Below, piece by piece: positions 60,101 through 64,000 of a DNA stretch of 64,000 nucleotides; the first letter of the stretch is position 1, and the number at the start of each line of letters is the position of its first letter. The stretch comes from Thermoplasmata archaeon (GTDB taxonomy: Archaea; Thermoplasmatota; Thermoplasmata; RBG-16-68-12; JAGMCJ01). The stretch lies in assembly GCA_046761045.1 (NCBI GenBank), contig JBHIFJ010000005.1:2361-66360 (forward strand), read 5' to 3'. The position numbers were made by a program, and so were the translations under genes. Under the pieces are notes generated by a model, which saw nothing but the letters and a program-made list of their open reading frames with translations, searched no databases and was not told where the DNA came from.

Positions 60101-61898
60101 CGAGAGAGGCGTCATGCAGAGCTTCGTGAGCTCGGGACATGGCCTCCTTCTCATGGGCGACTCCGGAACATCGACGTATGATGATATCACATCATTTGCC
60201 GGCATCAATTGGATGTTCGGCGGGTCTTCTGGTACGACGTTCGACATTACGCCGCACGACGTGACGGAAGGAGTGAGTTCAGTCTACATCCCCGCCCCTG
60301 CACGGGAGCTCATTGTGACCTCACCTGCAATCAGCCTCGTCCGAGATACATCGGGCGGTCACATCCTCGCGGTGTCCGATTCGCCAGGACGTGTGGCAGC
60401 ACTCTCGGATGAGGATCCATTCGACAATTTTGCCCTCAATATGTCTGACAACCAGAAACTTGCGGTCAATCTCATCGATTGGTTGGTGGGCAGGAGATGG
60501 GAACACGACATAGAGATCAGAGAGCTCAGCGTTGTCTCTCCGATGGAGAGATGGGTCCCGCAGACCGTGAAGGCAAAGGTCCGAAACGTTGGCCTCAACG
60601 ATGAGTACAACATAACGGTGAGACTGCTCTTCGACGGTGTCGAGGTGAGCAGTCAGGTGATTTCACAGCTGCAGGTGGACTCCATCGAGTGGGTCTCCTT
60701 AGGATTGGTCCCGTCCACCATCGGCACGTTCGATCTTGCCGTCGTGGTCGCTCCCATACCGGATGAGAATGAGACAGACAACAACATCATCGAGACGCAG
60801 GTGTCCGTGCAGGACACGACGCCTCCTGATACACCGGTCAATCTCCAAGTGACCAACGCCCAGGACCCGACGGCTCTGGAGCTCTCATGGACGCCCAACA
60901 CCGAGCTGGACCTCGCGTTCTACACCGTATACGCGAGCGTTGATGGTGCGAACTACTACTTCGAGGCGCAAATCCCCGCGCCGTCCTCCAACTATACGGA
61001 CACGGGACTCCTGCCCGGTAGCAAGTACTACTACCAGATAACTGCAAGTGACGATATCCCGAATGAATCGCCAATGTCCAGTCCTGCGGTCGGGATCCCA
61101 GGCACGGACCACGACAACGACGGAATCATCGATATCTTTGACCCGGATGACGACAACGACGGTGTTCCTGATGAACGGGATGATTTCCCGTGGGACCCTG
61201 ACGAGTGGAAAGACACTGACGGCGATGGTATCGGGGACAACGCGGACGATGATGATGACGGCGATGGCGTCCCCGACGACGAGGATGCCTTCCCAAGCAA
61301 CCCGGATGAGATCAGGGACTCGGACCTCGACGGTATCGGAGACAACATGGACCAAGACGATGATGATGACGGCGTTCCGGACTCCAACGACCCCTATCCG
61401 TTCGATCCGAGCGAGTGGAGAGATACTGACGGCGATGGTATCGGGGACAACGCGGACGATGATGATGACGGCGATGGCGTCCCCGACGACGAGGACCTGT
61501 ACCCGCTCAATCCCGAGGAATGGATGGACTCTGATGGCGATGGTATCGGGGACAACATGGATCCGGACGACGACAATGATGGAGTTCCGGACTATCGTGA
61601 TGACTTCCCGCTTGACCTGAATGAATCCAGGGATCTCGATGGCGATGGTATCGGGGACAACGCGGACGATGATGATGATGGAGACGGCATACCCGACACC
61701 ACGGATCCCAATCCACTGGTTCCCAATGTTGGCGACGGAATCGCCCTCGGCGGCCTGGAGACGCTTGTCTCCTTGGCAATCGCCCTCCTCGCCGTGCTCA
61801 TTGCCACCTGTATTATCGCCATTCTGTATTTCCGCAGAAGAGGAGAGGGTCCCAGTTCCACGGAACAACGCGAGGAGGAAGAACTCAAGGAGGAATAG
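57108..61898 (+). CDS. Giant modular surface protein. Domains in order: signal peptide; N-terminal beta-sandwich domain; 4 x [CARDB domain + ~200 aa class-I-GATase/DUF4350-like domain]; an FN3-like domain; ~10 thrombospondin type 3-like Ca-binding repeats; a C-terminal TM anchor.
   Basis: Start at MWKIAPVTVVLALVSVSFGTFA. CARDB-like units begin HDIGVSAPG, HDVAVTNFNAPG, HDIAVSYFQLPP and HDIEIRELSVVSP. The recurring module is IDQTHG...DLSGHDV(L/F)(M/I)(I/L)P(Q/E)P.... The TSP3 consensus is D.DGDGIGDN.DDDDDGDGVPD. The C-terminal helix is LVSLAIALLAVLIATCIIAILYF followed by RRRGEG. Confidence 0.8.
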   Translation: MWKIAPVTVVLALVSVSFGTFAWFDDVESGVNGWTHYWISGTSIPDDWSISSVRWHSASNSWYSGGEVANWVNGGDTALQSPTIDLTNATASYLNFWHWYDFDYSTGFYPDGGIVEIDAGSGWQQIFPVGGYPYVIDTGYDNPLEGRQAFAGPQSFWEYETFDISAYVGGVVSIRFHVGWDYGTLGLKEGWYIDDIEITNATLPQHDIGVSAPGVPGRVDPNTNVTVGGTVRNNGISDETNVTVNLTVDGALVDNTTIGFLQNGTAAAVTMYWTPVIEKTYNVCLEATPVPGETSLTNNKNCVDVDVSSIKGSVLIDQTHGTDNASAYSILIADLIAEGYELHYQFTTPITPADLSGHDVLMIPQPFQSYSASELSAIQAFVSSGSGLLVLGDDDPPVFTDLTSFSGISWISGGTSGTTTSITPHQITTGITMIDLSSPLCEMVISGSAISLIRDSGGGHALAVSTSPGRVAGFSDESSLMDFGITSADNEQLALNVIEWLLGVTYDHDVAVTNFNAPGFVNPGVSFYVNATIKNLGLNNETNLTVEFNVNSVLEDNISIPLLASGASQDVSFTYVTTIEGFYEVEIFVQPVPSENFTGNNWVKQTVFVGYATIVGIYDHGLTGDISYFFGGNSNLYSTFQAILDTDPLNRFQTTVITDLSSSTLSSIDVLLLPDNAVPDVYLTDVASFFNNRKGIVAVDSAVCYLAYSGLLWSGAAGTNGYGVYWDYNSWFNDQKILMGHEITADYIVGNVYSSESGEASLYLSMLPGDALALTGSQVSSTYAYTVAREEFGSGRIVELGPFADFTLPTDLYEMVRDAVQWTAGAIPVDHDIAVSYFQLPPHIQPNDNVTIDVDIKNAGLNNETNIEVNFTIDGVLADQKYISFMSPGQVDSLTFFWVPTVEKTYDVCVQVSPIPDENITVNNQVCKSVNVRKVLAFLLFDQTHGCISMSSYASLRGVLTSLGYVVDTLFATPLTATDLSGYDVFILPEPDFSYSFSERGVMQSFVSSGHGLLLMGDSGTSTYDDITSFAGINWMFGGSSGTTFDITPHDVTEGVSSVYIPAPARELIVTSPAISLVRDTSGGHILAVSDSPGRVAALSDEDPFDNFALNMSDNQKLAVNLIDWLVGRRWEHDIEIRELSVVSPMERWVPQTVKAKVRNVGLNDEYNITVRLLFDGVEVSSQVISQLQVDSIEWVSLGLVPSTIGTFDLAVVVAPIPDENETDNNIIETQVSVQDTTPPDTPVNLQVTNAQDPTALELSWTPNTELDLAFYTVYASVDGANYYFEAQIPAPSSNYTDTGLLPGSKYYYQITASDDIPNESPMSSPAVGIPGTDHDNDGIIDIFDPDDDNDGVPDERDDFPWDPDEWKDTDGDGIGDNADDDDDGDGVPDDEDAFPSNPDEIRDSDLDGIGDNMDQDDDDDGVPDSNDPYPFDPSEWRDTDGDGIGDNADDDDDGDGVPDDEDLYPLNPEEWMDSDGDGIGDNMDPDDDNDGVPDYRDDFPLDLNESRDLDGDGIGDNADDDDDGDGIPDTTDPNPLVPNVGDGIALGGLETLVSLAIALLAVLIATCIIAILYFRRRGEGPSSTEQREEEELKEE
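61130..61720 (+). repeat. Tandem coding DNA repeats (~72 to ~216 bp units) that encode the TSP3-like Asp-rich calcium-binding repeats.
   Basis: Near-identical 75-nt copies (gatactgacggcgatggtatcggggacaacgcggacgatgatgatgacggcgatggcgtccccgacgacgagga) occur at ~61207 and ~61423. Further degenerate copies lie at ~61520 and ~61640. Confidence 0.7.
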
Positions 61899-61924
61899 GC
61901 ATCATCCGAAGCTCCAAGGAGAGG

Positions 61925-64000
61925 ATGAGAGGAACCGCTGTGATGCTGCTCTTCCTGATGTCATTGATGTCCGGGCTCCAGCTTCCGTCGGTGGAGGCCT
62001 TGGGGAATGGTGTCGTTGAGCCGCCGGTACTCGTTCCGGAGGCAGGGCCAGACCAGACGATCACGGAGGGAGATATCGTGGTCCTGGACGGAACCGCATC
62101 CTACGTGATCAATGGCACACTGGACGAATACTACTGGGACTTCGATGCGCTCGTGGACTCAGACCAAGACGGCAACTTCACAAATGACAAGGACGCCGCC
62201 GGAGCGGTGGTTCCGCATAGGTTTGGTGATGACGGGGACTACACAGTGACCCTGACGATAGGCTCGGATGTTCTCGGGACAGAGGAGGGTCTGGTCGCTC
62301 AGGACACGGTTCTCATGATAGACAGCTCCGGTAGCATGGGGAGCAATGACCCCCTGGAGAAGAGGCAGGAAGCGGCAACGGACTACCTCTACCTGATGGG
62401 GGAGAATGATAGCGCCGCGGTGGTCGTGTTCGGCAGATTTCCACCGCAGCCTGACCCCAATCCGTGCAGTCATGCGGCCTGGCTGGTCTATGACAAGCAC
62501 CTGACCACGACAGACGCGTACGGAAAGGCTCAGGTGAAGGGTGCGATTGACTATACGAGGTTCGACACGGGGATGACGAACATAGAGAAGGCCATTCAGA
62601 TCGGACACATGGAGCTCATTTCGGGCTACTCGCCGACTCCGACGGAGCTATCCGATTGCTCGCCGGGCTTCCCGGAGCCGCGTGGGAACGCGAAAGAGGA
62701 TCACGCTTGGGTGGAGATTCTGCTGACGGACGGATTGCCCACTCACTCGCTCTCTGCAACTACAGATGAGATTCAGATCGCCGCCTATGTGGGAATCAGG
62801 ATCTTCACAATAGGACTTGGATCGGGAGTGGATGAGGACTATCTGGAGGACATCGCATACGAGACAGGCGGGAGATACTACTTCGCTCCGACTGCCGGTG
62901 ATCTTCAGGAGATCTACACCAACATCTCCAAGGTCGTCAAGACTATCATTGGCGGCACGATATACGCCTCGGACAGTCTCACGGTCCATGTTGAGAATGC
63001 CGCCCCTCAGCTCGACCTGCAGACGAGCGGGACCGCGGGGGAGGGAAGTCCCGTTGAATTCTGGGTCAATGTGACCGACCCAGGGAGCGATGACATACAC
63101 CTGCTCTACGAATGGGGCACCGGGGCCGGAAACGAGACGTGCGATTACCTGAACAGCCCGCCGGATCCGGATCCCTATCCGAGTCCAGAGGTCAACCCAA
63201 GGGACATCTCGGAGAGGAGAATCCACACCTACGGGGACAATTGGAACTACAGTGTGGTCGTGACCACCTGGGACGATGATGGTGGAGTGACCGTTCGCTC
63301 TGTGGAGGCATCCATCGGGAACTCGCCTCCGGTTCTGAGTCTATCCGTCCCTGCCTCAGCGGACGAAGGCGAAGTCCTCACAGTCCAGGCGTCCGCATCG
63401 GATGAGGGAAGCGATGACCTCACATTCGAATGGTCGTTTGGAGATGGCACTTCGGAGACGATGACGTATTACAACGACGGTGTCGGGCCAGATCCCTTGC
63501 CCAGCCCGGAGGGCACCCATCCTTTCTCGGCCAACGATGTCAGGACCCATGCTTGGGGCGATGATGGTTCCTATGAGATCAGTGTCATTGTGAAGGATGA
63601 TGACGGTGGAATGGCGATTGCCACATCGAGAATCACGATCGCCAATCTTCCGCCAGAGGTCGCCCTTCCATCGGAGATCGTCTTCGACGAGGGCGAGCTC
63701 TTCACGCTCAATGCCGTGGCAATCGACCCAGGGAGCGATGACCTTGTGTTCAACTGGGTTCTGGAGCTCGGACCATCGTTCTCTGCCATCTACTTCAACG
63801 ATGGAGTCGGCCGGGATCCGTTGCTGAGCCCGTGGGGGACCTTCCCGTTCTCGGCCTCGGATGGGATCGCCCACACCTACGGTGATGATGGCCTCTACGG
63901 CATTAACCTGACCGTGATGGATGATGACCGCGCGGTCACGGAAGCTTCGTTCCAGGTGGAGATAAGGAATGTCGCTCCCACTGTCGATGGCGATGGACCA
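61925..64000 (+). CDS. Secreted von Willebrand factor A plus multi-PKD-domain protein (3' end lies outside the window).
   Basis: Signal peptide MRGTAVMLLFLMSLMSGLQLPSVEA. MIDAS motif MIDSSGSMGSND. Four or more PKD-like units follow (YTVTLTI, WNYSVVVTTWDDDGG, YEISVIVKDDDGG, YGINLTVMDDD). The frame is open to nt 64000. Confidence 0.75.
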   Translation, partial: MRGTAVMLLFLMSLMSGLQLPSVEALGNGVVEPPVLVPEAGPDQTITEGDIVVLDGTASYVINGTLDEYYWDFDALVDSDQDGNFTNDKDAAGAVVPHRFGDDGDYTVTLTIGSDVLGTEEGLVAQDTVLMIDSSGSMGSNDPLEKRQEAATDYLYLMGENDSAAVVVFGRFPPQPDPNPCSHAAWLVYDKHLTTTDAYGKAQVKGAIDYTRFDTGMTNIEKAIQIGHMELISGYSPTPTELSDCSPGFPEPRGNAKEDHAWVEILLTDGLPTHSLSATTDEIQIAAYVGIRIFTIGLGSGVDEDYLEDIAYETGGRYYFAPTAGDLQEIYTNISKVVKTIIGGTIYASDSLTVHVENAAPQLDLQTSGTAGEGSPVEFWVNVTDPGSDDIHLLYEWGTGAGNETCDYLNSPPDPDPYPSPEVNPRDISERRIHTYGDNWNYSVVVTTWDDDGGVTVRSVEASIGNSPPVLSLSVPASADEGEVLTVQASASDEGSDDLTFEWSFGDGTSETMTYYNDGVGPDPLPSPEGTHPFSANDVRTHAWGDDGSYEISVIVKDDDGGMAIATSRITIANLPPEVALPSEIVFDEGELFTLNAVAIDPGSDDLVFNWVLELGPSFSAIYFNDGVGRDPLLSPWGTFPFSASDGIAHTYGDDGLYGINLTVMDDDRAVTEASFQVEIRNVAPTVDGDGP

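Noticed and set aside
61130-61720. Possible CRISPR array, because of the regular short repeats.
   Set aside because: The repeats lie inside a continuous ORF and encode a protein motif (DGDGIGDN...). There is no unique spacer structure and no cas genes nearby.
60885-61868. 327 aa minus-strand ORF and other overlapping ORFs in the TSP3 repeat region.
   Set aside because: They are antisense or shifted frames of the tandem Asp-rich repeats. The periodic low-complexity translation (VVPDTIAV...) is an artefact of the repeat.

Overview
This 64 kb window reads as an archaeal chromosome segment (roughly 60% G+C). That assignment is inference from gene content: MCM helicase, topoisomerase VI A/B, RadB, NMD3, Dph2, archease, isopentenyl phosphate kinase plus type-2 IPP isomerase, a split class-I fumarate hydratase and pyruvate:ferredoxin oxidoreductase. 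The lineage is most likely euryarchaeal or Thermoplasmatota-like. Conserved housekeeping blocks alternate with accessory, surface-related regions.

The accessory regions contain:
- A family of very large secreted proteins (a signal-peptide-bearing S8 subtilase, two NosD-like parallel beta-helix proteins and a 5'-truncated paralogue) that share a previously unannotated C-terminal module of about 170 aa preceded by an FN3-like domain.
- A type IV pilus / archaellum-like assembly locus: FlaJ/TadC membrane platform, FlaI/TadA ATPase, two pilin-like proteins with candidate class III signal peptides, two tandem paralogous single-TM proteins and a Cys-rich 248 aa protein.
- A 1633 aa modular surface protein with four CARDB-plus-unknown-domain modules, about ten thrombospondin type 3-like calcium-binding repeats and a C-terminal TM anchor, followed by a VWA/PKD-domain protein that runs off the window.
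- A degraded mobile region holding an IS5/IS4-family DDE transposase pseudogene, an AbrB/VapB-like antitoxin fragment and an inverted repeat.
- A parallel beta-helix surface gene interrupted by an in-frame TAG codon.

Other notable genes:
- A Rab/Ras-like small GTPase with an N-terminal extension.
- An RRM-type RNA-binding protein.
- A PEP-synthase-like protein that lacks the phosphohistidine domain.
- A mevalonate-decarboxylase-family enzyme near an IPK / IDI-2 / GGPP synthase cluster.
- A preQ0 (archaeosine) biosynthesis operon, queD-queC-queE.
- A fused PorG-PorD subunit.
- A tRNA-Arg(GCG).

No CRISPR array and no rRNA gene are present. All calls rest on reading the supplied translations and the DNA. 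No database search was run.
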